Assembly: GCF_009931435.1 (NCBI RefSeq)
Contig: NZ_CP043414.1
Source of the DNA: Escherichia coli
GTDB taxonomy: Bacteria > Pseudomonadota > Gammaproteobacteria > Enterobacterales > Enterobacteriaceae
Reading direction: 5' to 3' (one strand)
Length of the DNA: 64,000 nt
Shown here: positions 11,388-28,766 of the stretch, one piece after another
How the letters are laid out: every line of letters starts with the position of its first letter
How positions within the stretch are numbered: the stretch's first letter is position 1
Notes under the pieces: generated by a model
The model's input: only the letters and a program-made list of their open reading frames with translations
Databases searched by the model: none
Told to the model about the DNA's origin: nothing
Program-made: the position numbers and the translations under genes

Positions 11388-11611
11388 GTGCGGATTCCTG
11401 GGGTTAATGGCTATAAGGGTAAGAGCGCAACTCCAGTGACGCTATCATACGCACTAATCAATGCGGCGCAAGACTGCGAAATTGTCTTTTTTTACGCTAC
11501 AATCCCATAAATTTACCTGGTAAATAGTGAGCGAACGTTTCATCAATTTCGCTTTCGTGCGCTCATTTTTAACGTTTTGATAATCATGATGAATTCCCGG
11601 GAATATAAATT

Positions 11612-12232
11612 ATGAGGTATATAGTTGCCTTAACGGGAGGCATTGGCAGTGGCAAGAGTACCGTTGCCAATGCGTTTGCTGATCTCGGAATTAACGTCAT
11701 TGATGCCGATATTATTGCGCGTCAGGTGGTTGAACCAGGTGCACCTGCGCTACATGCAATTGCTGATCACTTTGGCGCTAACATGATTGCTGCTGATGGA
11801 ACATTGCAGCGCCGGGCCTTGCGCGAGCGGATTTTCGCCAACCCGGAAGAGAAAAACTGGCTTAACGCCCTGCTGCATCCGCTGATTCAGCAAGAGACGC
11901 AACACCAGATCCAGCAAGCATCTTCCCCCTATGTACTTTGGGTTGTGCCATTGCTGGTAGAAAACTCATTGTATAAAAAAGCGAATCGAGTGCTGGTGGT
12001 GGATGTCAGCCCAGAAACGCAACTTAAACGCACCATGCAGCGCGATGATGTCACTCGCGAGCATGTTGAACAAATTCTTGCTGCTCAGGCAACGCGCGAA
12101 GCCCGCCTTGCCGTGGCAGATGACGTCATTGATAATAACGGCGCACCGGATGCTATCGCATCGGATGTTGCCCGCCTGCACGCACACTATTTGCAGCTTG
12201 CGTCGCAGTTTGTCTCACAGGAAAAACCGTAA
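11612..12232 (+). CDS. coaE: Dephospho-CoA kinase, 206 aa
   Basis: Track ORF; [40 protein letters not shown]... (P-loop). Confidence 0.96.
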   Translation: MRYIVALTGGIGSGKSTVANAFADLGINVIDADIIARQVVEPGAPALHAIADHFGANMIAADGTLQRRALRERIFANPEEKNWLNALLHPLIQQETQHQIQQASSPYVLWVVPLLVENSLYKKANRVLVVDVSPETQLKRTMQRDDVTREHVEQILAAQATREARLAVADDVIDNNGAPDAIASDVARLHAHYLQLASQFVSQEKP

Positions 12233-12975
12233 TGCAGACCCAGGTCCTTTTTGAACATCCACTAAATGAAAAAATGCGTACATGGCTGCGCATTGAGTTT
12301 TTGATTCAGCAACTCACCGTTAATCTACCCGTCGTTGACTACGCTGGCGCTCTGCATTTCTTCCGCAATGTCAGTGAATTACTGGATGTTTTCGAGCGCG
12401 GCGAAGTCCGTACTGAGCTGTTGAAAGAACTTGACCGCCAGCAGCGCAAACTCCAGACCTGGATTGGCGTGCCTGGCGTGGACCAGAGCCGTATTGAAGC
12501 ATTAATTCAGCAGTTAAAAGCGGCGGGGAGCGTATTAATTTCCGCGCCGCGTATCGGGCAATTTCTGCGTGAAGATCGTTTGATTGCTCTGGTGCGTCAG
12601 CGACTGAGCATCCCAGGCGGCTGTTGTAGCTTTGATTTACCTACATTGCACATTTGGCTGCATCTACCCCAGGCGCAGCGCGACAGCCAGGTAGAAACCT
12701 GGATTGCCAGTCTGAACCCGCTCACCCAGGCACTTACCATGGTGCTGGATTTAATTCGCCAGTCGGCCCCCTTCCGTAAACAAACCAGCCTGAATGGTTT
12801 TTATCAGGATAACGGTGGCGATGCCGACTTGCTGCGCCTGAATCTGTCGCTCGATTCACAGCTTTATCCGCAAATTTCCGGTCATAAGAGCCGTTTTGCC
12901 ATTCGTTTTATGCCGCTGGACAGTGAAAACGGACAGGTACCGGAACGTCTGGATTTCGAACTGGCCTGTTGCTAA
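12232..12975 (+). CDS. zapD: Cell division factor ZapD (FtsZ-associated), 247 aa
   Basis: Track ORF; [30 protein letters not shown]...; start overlaps coaE stop (TAATG). Confidence 0.95.
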   Translation: MQTQVLFEHPLNEKMRTWLRIEFLIQQLTVNLPVVDYAGALHFFRNVSELLDVFERGEVRTELLKELDRQQRKLQTWIGVPGVDQSRIEALIQQLKAAGSVLISAPRIGQFLREDRLIALVRQRLSIPGGCCSFDLPTLHIWLHLPQAQRDSQVETWIASLNPLTQALTMVLDLIRQSAPFRKQTSLNGFYQDNGGDADLLRLNLSLDSQLYPQISGHKSRFAIRFMPLDSENGQVPERLDFELACC

Positions 12976-12984
12976 GGAGTAAAA

Positions 12985-13179
12985 ATGTCAGAAACTATTA
13001 CGGTGAATTGCCCAACCTGCGGGAAAACGGTGGTGTGGGGTGAAATCAGCCCGTTTCGGCCATTTTGTTCCAAACGTTGTCAGCTGATCGACCTAGGAGA
13101 ATGGGCTGCTGAAGAAAAACGAATCCCCAGCAGTGGCGATCTTTCCGAAAGCGATGACTGGAGCGAAGAGCAGAAGTAA
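12985..13179 (+). CDS. yacG: DNA gyrase inhibitor YacG (zinc finger), 64 aa
   Basis: Track ORF; [44 protein letters not shown]... with CxxC...CxxC motif. Confidence 0.93.
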   Translation: MSETITVNCPTCGKTVVWGEISPFRPFCSKRCQLIDLGEWAAEEKRIPSSGDLSESDDWSEEQK

Positions 13180-13202
13180 TTGGGTGTAAAAGGTGAGATG
13201 TT

Positions 13203-13306
13203 GTCGGATGCAGCGCGAACGCCTTATCCGACCTGCAAGATCTTTTATATCAATGTGTTAAAAAATTGTAGGCCTGATAAGACGCGCCAGCGTCGCATCA
13301 GGCATC
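13203..13306. repeat. BIME: two REP (repetitive extragenic palindrome) units between convergent yacG and mutT
   Basis: GTCGGATGCAGCGCGAACGCCTTATCCGAC and TGTAGGCCTGATAAGACGCGCCAGCGTCGCATCAGGCATC read in sequence; classic REP consensus. Confidence 0.85.
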
Positions 13307-13335
13307 CAGTGTAAATGTTGGATGCCTTAACCGAT

Positions 13336-13725
13336 CTACAGACACTTAAGCTTCGCAATTACCGGTTCATTGGCTGGCGGAAAATCATCTGCATTGAGGC
13401 TGGCCTGTGAAATCCACTCACCGGGTTGCCCTTCTTTACCCCACGGCTCCCCTTCCCAGCTTTCGACCAGCCAGAACCACAGTGTTATATGCCTGTCCGG
13501 GAATTCATATTCCAGTTTTTCAAATAGCGAATAATGTTGTGGGGTAATCCCGACTTCTTCCTGAAGTTCACGCACCACCGCCTGTTCCGGCGTTTCGCCC
13601 ATTTCAATTTTACCGCCAGGAAACTCCAGTTTATTCGCCATGTGCGCATCTGCGGCGCGACGGGTTATAAAGATTTCATTGTTCTCGTTGCGAATAATAC
13701 CTACCGCAATTTGCAGCTTTTTCAT
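13336..13725 (-). CDS. mutT: 8-oxo-dGTP diphosphatase (Nudix), 129 aa
   Basis: Track ORF; MKKLQIAVGIIRNENNEIFITRRAADAHMANKLEFPGGKIEMGETPEQAVVRELQEEVGI (Nudix box). Confidence 0.95.
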   Translation of the reverse strand: MKKLQIAVGIIRNENNEIFITRRAADAHMANKLEFPGGKIEMGETPEQAVVRELQEEVGITPQHYSLFEKLEYEFPDRHITLWFWLVESWEGEPWGKEGQPGEWISQASLNADDFPPANEPVIAKLKCL

Positions 13726-13737
13726 TGTCTTAAACCT

Positions 13738-13770
13738 ATAAAAAAGGCGCAGAATCCTGCGCCTTTTGTT
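13738..13770 (-). terminator. Intrinsic terminator downstream of secA
   Basis: On minus strand: GGCGCAGGATTCTGCGCC followed by TTTTTTAT, about 20 nt after the secA stop. Confidence 0.65.
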
Positions 13771-13783
13771 TCAAGAGTTAGCT

Positions 13784-16489
13784 TTATTGCAGGCGACCGT
13801 GGCACTGCTTGTATTTTTTACCAGAACCGCACGGGCAAGGATCATTACGTCCAACTTTGCGTTCACCGGTTTGTGCCGCCAGTGCAGCTGCGGCTGCAGA
13901 GTCATCATCCTGATGGCTAAGCTGCTGCATTTGCGCTAAACGCTCGGCTTCCATACGACGCTGTTGTTCCAGCTCTTCAACCTCTTCAGGCATACGTACC
14001 TGGACTTTGCTCAGCGTGCTGATGACTTCATATTTCAGCGACTCCAGCATCGCTGCAAACATGGAGAACGATTCACGTTTGTATTCCTGCTTCGGATCTT
14101 TCTGTGCATAGCCACGCAGGTGGATACCCTGACGCAGATAATCCATCGCCGCCAGGTGCTCTTTCCACAGGGAGTCAAGCGTTTGCAGCATGACGCCTTT
14201 CTCGAAGTGACGCATCATCTCAGCGCCAACCACTTCTTCTTTACGCTGATACACTTCGATGGACTGCGCCAGAATACGCTCACGCAGCGTCTCTTCATGC
14301 AGTTCTGGCTCTTTGTCCAGCCACTCGGCAATCGGCAAATCGAGGTCGAAATCGTTCTTCAGACGTTCCTGCAGCCCCGGAATATCCCACATTTCTTCCA
14401 GCGACTGCGGCGGAATGTAGGCATCGATGGTCGCTTTGAACACATCTTCACGAATGCTGTTGATGGTATCGCTCACATCGCTGACATCCAGCAGTTCATT
14501 ACGCTGGGAGTAAATAGCGCGACGCTGATCGTTAGCCACGTCATCATATTCCAGCAGTTGCTTACGAATATCGAAGTTACGGCTTTCAACTTTACGCTGA
14601 GCGTTGGCAATCGCTTTGGTCACCCACGGGTGCTCGATGGCTTCGCCTGGTTTCATACCCAGTTTACGCATCATGCCGGAAACACGGTCAGAAGCAAAAA
14701 TACGCATCAGCGCATCTTCCATCGACAGGTAGAAACGGGAAGAACCGGCATCCCCCTGGCGCCCAGAACGACCGCGTAGCTGGTTATCGATACGACGAGA
14801 TTCGTGACGTTCTGTACCGATGATATGCAGACCACCTGCAGCCAGTACCGCATCGTGACGCACCTGCCAGTCGGCTTTGATTTTTTCAATTTGCTCTGCG
14901 GTCGGATTTTCCAGCGCGGCAACTTCTGCCTGCCAGCTACCACCGAGCACAATATCTGTACCACGACCCGCCATGTTAGTCGCGATAGTCACCGCCGCCG
15001 GATAACCCGCTTGTGCAACAATCGCTGCTTCGTTAGCGTGGAATTTGGCGTTCAGAACGTTGTGTTTGATACCGGCTTTGGTCAGCTCGTTTGACACCAA
15101 TTCCGATTTTTCGATGGAGATAGTACCCACCAGCACTGGCTGGCCCTTCGCAGTACGCTCTTTGATATCTTCGATGATCGCCTGGATTTTTTCCGCTTCA
15201 GTCATATAGACCAGATCTGGCAGATCTTTACGAATCATCGGACGGTTGGTTGGAACAACAACGGTATCCAGCTTGTAGATTGAGCTAAATTCGAAAGCTT
15301 CGGTATCAGCAGTACCGGTCATGCCCGCCAGTTTTTCATACAAACGGAAGTAGTTCTGGAAGGTGATCGACGCCAGCGTCTGGTTTTCGTTCTGGATCTG
15401 TACACCTTCTTTCGCTTCCACTGCCTGATGCAGGCCATCGGACCAGCGACGTCCCTGCATGGTACGACCGGTGTGTTCATCAACGATGATAACTTCACCA
15501 TCTTTAACGATGTAGTCTACGTCACGGGTAAACAGTGCGTGAGCACGCAGCGCCGCGGTTACGTGGTGCATCAGCATAATATTAGCCGGAGAGTACAGCG
15601 ACTCACCTTCATCCATGATGCCTTCTTTCACCAGCAGCTCTTCGATCAGCACCAGACCACGTTCGGTCAGGTTCACCTGGCGAGATTTTTCGTCCACCGA
15701 GAAGTGGCCTTCGCCCTGGAAGGTTTCGGAGTCTTCTTTTTCCTGACGGATCAGGTGCGGAATAATTTTATTCACGCGTTTATACATTTCCGAGCTGTCT
15801 TCTGCCGGGCCGGAAATGATCAGCGGTGTACGCGCTTCATCGATCAGGATGGAGTCCACTTCGTCCACCAGCGCATAGTGCAGTTTACGCTGTACACGTT
15901 CTTCAGGGCTGAACGCCATGTTATCGCGCAGGTAGTCAAAGCCGTATTCGTTGTTCGTACCGTAAGTGATGTCAGCTGCGTAAGCTTCACGCTTCGCCGG
16001 TGCTGGCATACCCGGCAGGTTGATACCGACAGTCAGGCCAAGGAATTCAAACAGCGGACGGTTGTTTTCGGCGTCACGTTGCGCCAGGTAGTCGTTGACG
16101 GTAACAACGTGTACGCCCTTACCGGTTAATGCGTTCAGGTAAGCAGGCAGCGTTGCGGTCAGGGTTTTACCTTCACCGGTACGCATTTCCGCGATGCAGC
16201 GTTCGTTAAGAACCATACCGCCGAGTAACTGAACGTCGAAGTGACGCATACCAAAGACGCGCTTACTTGCCTCACGCACCACAGCGAAAGCTTCTGGGAT
16301 CAGATTTTCCAGCACTTCGCCTTTTTCCAGACGTGCACGAAACTCTGCGGTTTTCCCTTTCAGTTCTTCGTCGGAGAGTTTTTCCATCTCCGGTTCCATG
16401 GCATTGATGATGTTGACGACTTTGCGCATCCGGCGCAGGGTGCGATCGTTACGACTACCGAAAACTTTAGTTAATAATTTGATTAGCAT
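13784..16489 (-). CDS. secA: Preprotein translocase ATPase SecA, 901 aa
   Basis: Track ORF; [43 protein letters not shown]... C-terminal zinc-binding [14 protein letters not shown]. Confidence 0.97.
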   Translation of the reverse strand: MLIKLLTKVFGSRNDRTLRRMRKVVNIINAMEPEMEKLSDEELKGKTAEFRARLEKGEVLENLIPEAFAVVREASKRVFGMRHFDVQLLGGMVLNERCIAEMRTGEGKTLTATLPAYLNALTGKGVHVVTVNDYLAQRDAENNRPLFEFLGLTVGINLPGMPAPAKREAYAADITYGTNNEYGFDYLRDNMAFSPEERVQRKLHYALVDEVDSILIDEARTPLIISGPAEDSSEMYKRVNKIIPHLIRQEKEDSETFQGEGHFSVDEKSRQVNLTERGLVLIEELLVKEGIMDEGESLYSPANIMLMHHVTAALRAHALFTRDVDYIVKDGEVIIVDEHTGRTMQGRRWSDGLHQAVEAKEGVQIQNENQTLASITFQNYFRLYEKLAGMTGTADTEAFEFSSIYKLDTVVVPTNRPMIRKDLPDLVYMTEAEKIQAIIEDIKERTAKGQPVLVGTISIEKSELVSNELTKAGIKHNVLNAKFHANEAAIVAQAGYPAAVTIATNMAGRGTDIVLGGSWQAEVAALENPTAEQIEKIKADWQVRHDAVLAAGGLHIIGTERHESRRIDNQLRGRSGRQGDAGSSRFYLSMEDALMRIFASDRVSGMMRKLGMKPGEAIEHPWVTKAIANAQRKVESRNFDIRKQLLEYDDVANDQRRAIYSQRNELLDVSDVSDTINSIREDVFKATIDAYIPPQSLEEMWDIPGLQERLKNDFDLDLPIAEWLDKEPELHEETLRERILAQSIEVYQRKEEVVGAEMMRHFEKGVMLQTLDSLWKEHLAAMDYLRQGIHLRGYAQKDPKQEYKRESFSMFAAMLESLKYEVISTLSKVQVRMPEEVEELEQQRRMEAERLAQMQQLSHQDDDSAAAAALAAQTGERKVGRNDPCPCGSGKKYKQCHGRLQ

Positions 16490-16550
16490 AATAAAATCTC
16501 AAACGCCCCGCGTTGCGGAGTCAATAAAATGAAGTAAAGGTTTATTGTTG

Positions 16551-17231
<681 letters not shown>

Positions 17232-17293
17232 TCACCTGGCCGGAGAGAGTGCCAGATTTGCCAGTCGAATTTTATACGACAGTATAAATGTCG

Positions 17294-18232
<939 letters not shown>

Positions 18233-18311
18233 CTATCCAACCGAAGTGTACTATACATTCGGCGGGCCAGTTTAGCACAAAGAGCCTCGAAACCCAAATT
18301 CCAGTCAATTC

Positions 18312-19463
18312 TTAATCAGCTTGCTTACGCAGGAATGCTGGGATATCCAGATAATCCGGCTCTTTCGCAGTTTGCGGCGCATTGTCATTCACGACTTTAG
18401 CAACCGGCTTCTGCTCCTGGGTCAGCGGAGCCATCCCGTGCTGCTGGTAGCGATCCATCACTGGCTGCTGAACCTGCTTATTGGTCACCAGAGTGATTTC
18501 AGGACGTTTGTCCATACCGATACCTGTCGCAACAACAGTTACGCGCAGCTCGTCATTCATATCCGGGTCAAGAGAAGTACCGATAACGACAGTTGCGTTG
18601 TCGGATGCAAATGCACGGATGGTGTTACCTACCGTTTCGAACTCATCCAGACGCAGGTCGAAGCCCGCCGTGATGTTAACCAGCACGCCGCGCGCGCCAG
18701 ACAGATCGATATCTTCCAGCAGCGGAGAGGAAATAGCCATTTCAGCAGCTTCTTCCGCACGGTCTTCGCCGCTCGCCACACCAGAACCCATCATTGCGTA
18801 GCCCATTTCAGACATTACGGTACGTACGTCTGCAAAGTCCACGTTCATCAGGCCTGGACGAGTAATCAGTTCAGCGATACCTTGCACAGCACCTTTCAGT
18901 ACATCGTTCGCTGCGCCAAATGCATCCAGCAGGGAGATACCGCGGCCCAAGACTTTCAGCAGTTTGTCGTTAGGGATAGTGATCAGAGAGTCCACATGCT
19001 TGGACAGTTCAGTGATCCCCTGCTCAGCGAATGCCATACGCTTCTTGCCTTCAAAGTTGAAAGGCTTAGTCACGACAGCAACGGTCAGGATCCCCAAATC
19101 TTTTGCCACTTCAGCGACAACTGGTGCTGCACCAGTACCGGTACCACCACCCATACCCGCAGCAATAAAGACCATGTCTGCACCTTCCAGCGCCGCACGC
19201 AGTGCATCGCGATCCTCATCAGCCGCATTACGGCCAACTTCTGGATTTGCGCCAGCTCCCAGTCCTTTGGTGATACCGCTACCGATTTGAATCGTCTGTC
19301 CAACCGCTGTTTTACGCAGCGCTTGTGCATCGGTATTTACCGCGAAGAATTCAACACCTTCAATGCGCTCGCGCACCATGTGTTCAACAGCATTACCGCC
19401 GCCGCCGCCGACGCCGATGACTTTAATCACCGCGTCATTGGTAAGTTCCATTGGTTCAAACAT
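18312..19463 (-). CDS. ftsZ: Cell division GTPase FtsZ, 383 aa
   Basis: Track ORF; [30 protein letters not shown]... tubulin signature GGGTGTG present. Confidence 0.97.
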
Positions 19464-19523
19464 AGTTTCTCTCCGATTTGTGCCTGTCGCCTGAGGCCGT
19501 AATTATCGTCGACCTCATAAAAA

Positions 19524-20786
19524 TTAAAACTCTTTTCGCAGCCAACTATTGAGTCGCTTGATCCACGAGCCAACTGATGCTGTAACACGTTTTTCTACTT
19601 CAGCTTCACCGTTAAGATGTGACTCTTTCCCGTAGTGAAGCAATCCCACCGCCGTCGAATAATACGGCTCCTGAGCATAATCCGTTAAACCGGTAATGTT
19701 CAGCGGCGCGCCGATACGCACTTGCGTATGAAACACGCGCTGAGCACAGGCTGCAAGACCTTCGATCTGCGCTGCGCCACCAGTTAAAACAATGCCTGCC
19801 GCCAGGTGATGTTTAACCCCTTGTTGGCGAAGCTTTTCCTGCAACTGCAATATCTCTTCGTTGACCAGGTTGAGCAGCTCGGTATAGCGCGGCTCGATCA
19901 CCTCTGCCAGGGTCTGACGTTGCAGACTCCGCGGTGGACGACCGCCTACGCTCGGCACTTCCACGCTCTCATCTTTTCCAACGATGGAACCCAGCGCACA
20001 ACCGTGGCGAACTTTAATCGCTTCGGCGTCGCTTGGCGGCGTGCCAAAGGCGTAAGCGATATCACTGGTCACGACATTGCCAGCATAAGGAATTACCTTA
20101 GTGTGGCGCAATGCCCCACCGGTATAAACGGCGATATCCATTGTACCACCACCGATATCGACGACGCAGACACCCAGTTCACGTTCATCTTCCGTCAATA
20201 CCGAATAACTTGATGCCAGTCCGGCAAATATCAGTTGGTCAACTTTCAGCCCACAACGTTCAACCGCTTTGACGATGTTTTTCGCCATATCGTTGTGACA
20301 TGTGATCAGGTGCACTTTTGCCTGCATCCGCACGCCCGAAAGTCCTACCGGATTCTTGATCCCTTCCTGATAGTCAATCGCATACTCTTGCGGGATCACA
20401 TGCAGCACACGATGCTCATCGCGCACACGCACTGATTTCGCGGTATGGACGACGTTTTCCACATCTTCTTGCGTCACTTCTTCTTCAGAAATAGGCACCA
20501 TACCAATTTCATTCTGGCAGCTGATGTGCTTACCAGAAAGCGCCAGATATACCGAAGAGATCTGACAATCTGCCATCAATTCTGCCTGGTCAATGGCGCG
20601 TTGTACGCACTTGACCACGGATTCGAGGTCGTTCACCCCGCCTTTATCCATACCACGCGACGGGCAGCTGCCCACGCCAATGATATTGACCATACCGTCG
20701 GGCAGAACTTCCCCTACTAAAGCGGCAACCTTCGCGGTACCAATCTCCAGTCCTACTACCAGTTTTCTGTCCGTCGCCTTGATCAT
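19524..20786 (-). CDS. ftsA: Cell division protein FtsA (actin-like ATPase), 420 aa
   Basis: Track ORF; [39 protein letters not shown]... Confidence 0.96.
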   Translation of the reverse strand: MIKATDRKLVVGLEIGTAKVAALVGEVLPDGMVNIIGVGSCPSRGMDKGGVNDLESVVKCVQRAIDQAELMADCQISSVYLALSGKHISCQNEIGMVPISEEEVTQEDVENVVHTAKSVRVRDEHRVLHVIPQEYAIDYQEGIKNPVGLSGVRMQAKVHLITCHNDMAKNIVKAVERCGLKVDQLIFAGLASSYSVLTEDERELGVCVVDIGGGTMDIAVYTGGALRHTKVIPYAGNVVTSDIAYAFGTPPSDAEAIKVRHGCALGSIVGKDESVEVPSVGGRPPRSLQRQTLAEVIEPRYTELLNLVNEEILQLQEKLRQQGVKHHLAAGIVLTGGAAQIEGLAACAQRVFHTQVRIGAPLNITGLTDYAQEPYYSTAVGLLHYGKESHLNGEAEVEKRVTASVGSWIKRLNSWLRKEF

Positions 20787-21613
20787 TGTTGTTCTGCCTG
20801 TGCCTGATTTTGTTGCTGAGTAGATTCCTCTGGCGGCAAAGGCGCCCAGCCTACTGCCGCTCCAGAGTCATAACGCAAATCAACGTAGCTAATCCGTTTG
20901 CCATCGGTTTGCGCCTGCTGCTGTAAAACCGGATAAAGTTCTACAAAGCGAGCCAAACGTTTCATCGTATCGCCCCGGCCAAGATTGAGCTTAATATCGT
21001 TATTCAGCGTCAACTGCCAGGAACGCCGCGCGGTCATCGCCGCTTCCTTCAGAGTAAATCTGTCCTTTGCCAGCATCTGCCCCATTTCGCGATAGCCCTG
21101 CAACACTTCATTGGCGCTGCCTTCCGGGCCATACAGCATTGGAAGCACCTGCTTGCTGGTGCGATCTGGTGGTACGCTGAAAGTGTTTCCTTCCGCGTCT
21201 ACCATATGTTGATCATTCCACCGCGCAATCGGCACATATTCAACCAGATGAATCTTCAATTCATCAGGCCACTGCTTTCTGACGCTCACCTGCTTAATCC
21301 ACGGCAGGCGTTGTTCTATTTGCGTCTGGATGATGTTGACATCCTGGGTCATAAAGGTACCTGGCTCACCCAATGCCAGGATCGACTGCCGGATATCGTC
21401 ATTACGCGTGTAATGGCGTTCACCGGTCAACACCAGCTTTGAGAGCGGCAGGCGTTGCGCATCTTCCATCCAGCCCAACACGACCCAGCCGCTCACCAAC
21501 ACTGTCGTTAAAACGGTCAGCAGGAAAAGGATCCCCGCCAGACGCGTTCCATTATTGCGGCGAGAAGAAACCTCTTCTTCGCTGTTTCGCGTGTTCAGAG
21601 CAGCCTGCGACAT
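20783..21613 (-). CDS. ftsQ: Cell division protein FtsQ, 276 aa
   Basis: Track ORF; [45 protein letters not shown]... Confidence 0.95.
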   Translation of the reverse strand: MSQAALNTRNSEEEVSSRRNNGTRLAGILFLLTVLTTVLVSGWVVLGWMEDAQRLPLSKLVLTGERHYTRNDDIRQSILALGEPGTFMTQDVNIIQTQIEQRLPWIKQVSVRKQWPDELKIHLVEYVPIARWNDQHMVDAEGNTFSVPPDRTSKQVLPMLYGPEGSANEVLQGYREMGQMLAKDRFTLKEAAMTARRSWQLTLNNDIKLNLGRGDTMKRLARFVELYPVLQQQAQTDGKRISYVDLRYDSGAAVGWAPLPPEESTQQQNQAQAEQQ

Positions 21614-21614
21614 A

Positions 21615-24003
<2,389 letters not shown>

Positions 24004-24056
24004 TCTTTACGCCATTAACTTCTTACATTCATACGATGCAAAAGGCATCGCTACAA

Positions 24057-25124
24057 TTACGCCCGGGCAGCCCGGCTCACTTCATTTGCCACTCGCTCGG
24101 TGGCATCCGGAATGGATGCAGCACGGGCGCGTTCTGCCATGGTTAATAAGGTTTCTCGCGACCACCCGGCCAGGGTGTTGGCGACAGCATCCACAGTAAG
24201 CTGTGGCTGCTCGATAATTTTGGCTGCGCCCGCTTTTTCCAGCGGTAGCGCATTCCAGTATTGCTGGCGGTCTTTATGTTGAAACGGCACAAACAATGCC
24301 GGTAGCCCCGCTGCGGCAATTTCACTCACCGTTAACGCACCGGAGCGGCAAACGACGACATCCGCCCACGCATACGCCGCCGCCATATCATCAATAAATT
24401 CCGTCACTTTATGCTGCGGTTGCCCCGCTTCCGCATACGCCTGTTCAACGGATTGTTGCGAACCTTTGCCGCTCTGATGCCAGATAGTGACTGAATCGCC
24501 CAGCTTTGCTGCAACCTGCGGCATTGTTTGGTTAAGAATACGAGCGCCCTGAGAACCGCCCACTACCAACACACGAACCGGACCTTCACGACCAGCCAAA
24601 CGTTGCTGCGGCAGTGGCAACGCCAACACATCGGTACGAACAGGATTACCCACCACTTCCGCATTAGGGAAAGCGCCTGGAAACGCCTGCATCACTTTGG
24701 TGGCAATCTTCGCCAGCCATTTATTGGTTAAGCCCGCAATACCGTTTTGTTCATGAAGTACAACCGGAATGCCTAACGACCACGCTGCCAGTCCACCTGG
24801 ACCTGATACGTAGCCGCCCATACCGAGCACCACATCAGGTTTGAACGCTTTCATAATCGCCCGTGCCTGACGCCAGGCGTTAAAAATACGCAGAGGCGCA
24901 GCTAACAGTGCTTTTATACCTTTACCACGCAGACCAGAGATACGAATGAAATCAATTTCGATGCCATGTTTTGGCACTAAGTCCGCTTCCATACGGTCGG
25001 CAGTCCCCAGCCAGCGAACTTGCCAACCCTGAGCCATTAGATGGTGCGCAACCGCCAGTCCCGGGAACACATGTCCACCGGTTCCGCCGGCCATCACCAT
25101 TAATCGCTTTCCTTGACCACTCAT
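24057..25124 (-). CDS. murG: Lipid II synthase (UDP-GlcNAc:undecaprenyl-PP-MurNAc-pentapeptide GlcNAc transferase), 355 aa
   Basis: Track ORF; [40 protein letters not shown]... Confidence 0.96.
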
Positions 25125-26365
25125 CGTGAACCTCGTACAAACGCCTGCGCTTTCTCCAGACGCGTTTCATAATCAATACGCAACAGCATCATGATGGCTG
25201 TCGACATAATCAGTAAGCTCGAACCACCGTAACTGATCAGCGGCAATGTCAGACCTTTGGTCGGTAACATCCCCGCTGCCGCGCCTACGTTAACCAGTGC
25301 CTGGAAACTAAACCAGATGCCAATGGAACAGGCGAGAAAACCGGAAAAACGATGGTCAATTTCTAATGCTTTACGGCCAATCGACATCGCACGAAAAGCG
25401 ACGAAGAATACCATTAAAAGTGCCAGCACCACACCGACATACCCCAGTTCTTCGCCGATAATGGCGAAAATAAAGTCAGTGTGTGCTTCCGGCAGATACT
25501 CCAGTTTTTGAACCGAGTTACCTAAACCTTGCCCCCACAGTTCGCCGCGACCAAACGCCATCAGCGATTGCGTTAACTGATAGCCGCTACCAAAGGGATC
25601 TTCCCACGGATTCCAGAATGCGGTAACACGGCGGATACGGTACGGTTCGGCGAGGATCAGTAACACAACCGCTGAAATCCCCATGCCGATAATGGCAATG
25701 AACTGCCACAATTTCGCCCCCGCCAGGAACAACATCGCCAGCGTGGTCACAAACAGCACCACCACCGTACCAAGGTCTGGCTGTGCCAGCAGTAACACTG
25801 CCAACACCAAAATCACGCCCATCGGTTTCAAGAAGCCGCGCAGGTTATTACGCACTTCGTCGCCTTTACGCACCAGATAGTTGGCGATATAGCAAAACAG
25901 CGACAGTTTTGTCAGCTCCGCAGGCTGGATACGCAGCAAGCCGAGATCGATCCAACGCGATGCCCCTTTAACAGAGCTACCCACTACCAGAACGATCATC
26001 AACAGGATGATTGAACCGAGTAGCATCGTAGCGCTGTAACGTTGCCAGAACTCCATCGGCAGACGCAGCGTAATGATCGCCAGAATGAACGCCAGGATCA
26101 GGTAGACGCCATCACGCTTAGCGAAGAAAAAGGGATCGTTAGTCAAGCGTTGTCCGATAGGCATTGATGCGGACGTCACCATGATAAAGCCGATCGCCGC
26201 GAGGCCGAAGGTCAGCCACAGTAAGGTGCGATCGTACATGATCAGGCTGTCGGTATCTTTTTCCCGCGAGCCCATCACCCAGCCCTTTAGCGCCGTGGAG
26301 ATCCAGACCAGGATACTGAATCCTGGCAGGCGCGGCATTTTCAGGCGAGGGAGAGATAAACGCAT
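25121..26365 (-). CDS. ftsW: Peptidoglycan glycosyltransferase / lipid II flippase FtsW (SEDS), 414 aa
   Basis: Track ORF 25121..26368 (MMRLSLPRL...); start set to second Met to match the 414-aa protein; either start is possible. Confidence 0.93.
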
Positions 26366-27681
26366 CAACCTAACTCCTTCGCCAGACGGGCAAACTCATT
26401 GCCTCGTTGTTCAAAGTTCTTGAATTGATCAAGGCTGGCACAGGCCGGGGAGAGCAGAACCATATCTCCTGGTTGAACACGCGGAGCCAGCAAGCGCATC
26501 GCCTGTTCCATGGTTTCGGTTTGTTCTGCCACTTCCGGGCGCAGTGCCGCCAGCTGTGCGCCGTCACGACCGAAACAATACAAACGTACGTTATCGCCAT
26601 TCAGGTAACGTGCCAGCGGACTAAAGTCCGCCGATTTACCATCGCCGCCCAGCAACAAATGCAGCGTGCCATCTACGTGCAGGCCATTGAGCGCCGCTTC
26701 CGTACTGCCGACATTGGTCGCTTTCGAGTCGTTAATCCAGCGCACACCGTTATGTTCCAGCACCACTTCAAAGCGATGCGGTAGACCAGTGAACGTAGTT
26801 AACGCTTTCAGGCTACTGGCGCGTGGCAAACCAGCTGCGTCTGCCAGAGCCAGTGCCGCCAGCGCATTGGTGTAGTTATGCTGACCGGAAAGTTTCATCT
26901 CTTTCACGTTCAACACTTTCTCGCCTTTCACCCGCAGCCAGGTTTCACCCTGCTGATGATTCAAGTGATAGTCGCCCATATTGATACCAAAGCTAACGCA
27001 ACGTTCATCCGCACCACGAATCGGCATTGTTAAGGCATCATCAGCATTAACCACGCAAACTTTCGCATTTTCATAAATGCGCAGTTTTGCCGCACGATAC
27101 TGCTGTAAACCAAATGGATAGCGATCCATATGATCTTCTGTCACGTTCAGAATGGTCGCTGCCACCGCCTGTAAACTGGAGGTGGTTTCCAGCTGGAAGC
27201 TCGACAGCTCGAGCACGTACAGTTCGCACTCAGCATCCAACAGCATCAACGCGGGCAGGCCAATGTTGCCACCCACGCCAACGTTAACGCCCGCCGCTTT
27301 CGCCATTTCACCCACTAGTGTGGTGACCGTGCTTTTGCCATTAGAACCGGTGATCGCCACGATTGGTACTTGTGCTTCACGACAGAACAGTTCGATATCG
27401 CCAACAATTTCGATTCCGGCATCAGCGGCAGCGCTTAAGGAAGGATGCGCCAATGCAATGCCGGGACTGGCGACGATCAGATCAGCCGCCATCAGCCAGT
27501 CGTCATTAAGACCGCCCGTGTGGCGTTCTACGGCTTCGGGTAATTTATCCAGGCCAGGCGGTGTCATCCGCGTATCCATGACGCGCGGCGTCACACCGCG
27601 AGCGAGGAAAAAGTCCACGCAAGAAAGCCCGGTGAGGCCCAGGCCGATAATGACGACATTTTTACCCTGGTAATCAGCCAT
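26365..27681 (-). CDS. murD: UDP-N-acetylmuramoylalanine--D-glutamate ligase, 438 aa
   Basis: Track ORF; [47 protein letters not shown]... Confidence 0.96.
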
Positions 27682-27683
27682 GA

Positions 27684-28766
27684 TTAACGTACCTTCAGCG
27701 TTGCCAGACCAATCAGGACCAGCATCAGCGAAATAATCCAGAAGCGCACAATGACACGCGGTTCCGGCCAGCCTTTCAGTTCATAGTGGTGATGAATCGG
27801 TGCCATGCGGAAAATACGTTGTCCGCGCAGTTTAAAGGAGCCGACCTGCAGGATGACGGAAAGCGTTTCTACCACGAACACGCCCCCCATAATCACCAGC
27901 AGGAATTCCTGACGCAGCAGCACGGCGATAATGCCCAGCGCGCCACCTAACGCCAGCGAACCTACATCGCCCATAAAGACTTGCGCCGGATAGGTGTTAA
28001 ACCACAGGAAGCCCAGCCCTGCCCCGACTATCGCGGTACAGACAATGACCAGTTCCCCGGCGTGTCGCAGATACGGTATGTGTAAATAGCTGGCAAAGTT
28101 CATGTTGCCGGTTGCCCATGCCACCAGCGCAAAACCACCGGCGACGAATACAGTCGGCATAATCGCCAGGCCATCAAGACCATCGGTCAGGTTTACCGCG
28201 TTGCCGGTGCCCACAATGACGAAGTAAGCCAGCAGAATGTAGAACAGCCCCAACTGCGGCATCACATCTTTAAAGAACGGGACCACCAGCTGCGTTGCGG
28301 GCGTGTCTTTCCCGGCAAGATACAGCGCAAAGGCAACGCCCAGCGCGATCACCGACATCCAGAAATACTTCCAGCGCGCAATCAGGCCCTTGGTGTCTTT
28401 ACGCACCACTTTGCGATAGTCGTCGACAAAACCAATGATGCCGTAACCCACCAGCACCACGAGTACGCACCAGACGTACGGGTTGGAAGGGTAAGCCCAC
28501 AGCAGCACGGAGATCACAATCGCTGTCAGGATCATAATCCCGCCCATGGTCGGCGTACCGCGCTTGCTGAAGTGTGATTCAGGACCGTCGTTACGCACTA
28601 CCTGACCAAAGGAAAGTTTTTGCAAATGAGCAATCATGCGCGGGCCCATCCACAATGAGATGAACAGCGCAGTCAGCAGGCTGACGATGGCGCGAAACGT
28701 CAGATAGGAAAAGACGTTAAAGCCGGAATAATATTTGACCAAATGTTCGGCCAGCCAAACTAACAT
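27684..28766 (-). CDS. mraY: Phospho-N-acetylmuramoyl-pentapeptide transferase, 360 aa
   Basis: Track ORF; [46 protein letters not shown]... Confidence 0.96.

Noticed and set aside
13964-16129. Plus-strand ORFs of 271, 96 and 233 aa inside secA
   Set aside because: All antisense to secA; no SD or family resemblance.
18321-19502. 393-aa plus-strand track ORF
   Set aside because: Antisense to ftsZ; product is Arg/His-rich nonsense, while the minus-strand frame encodes canonical FtsZ.
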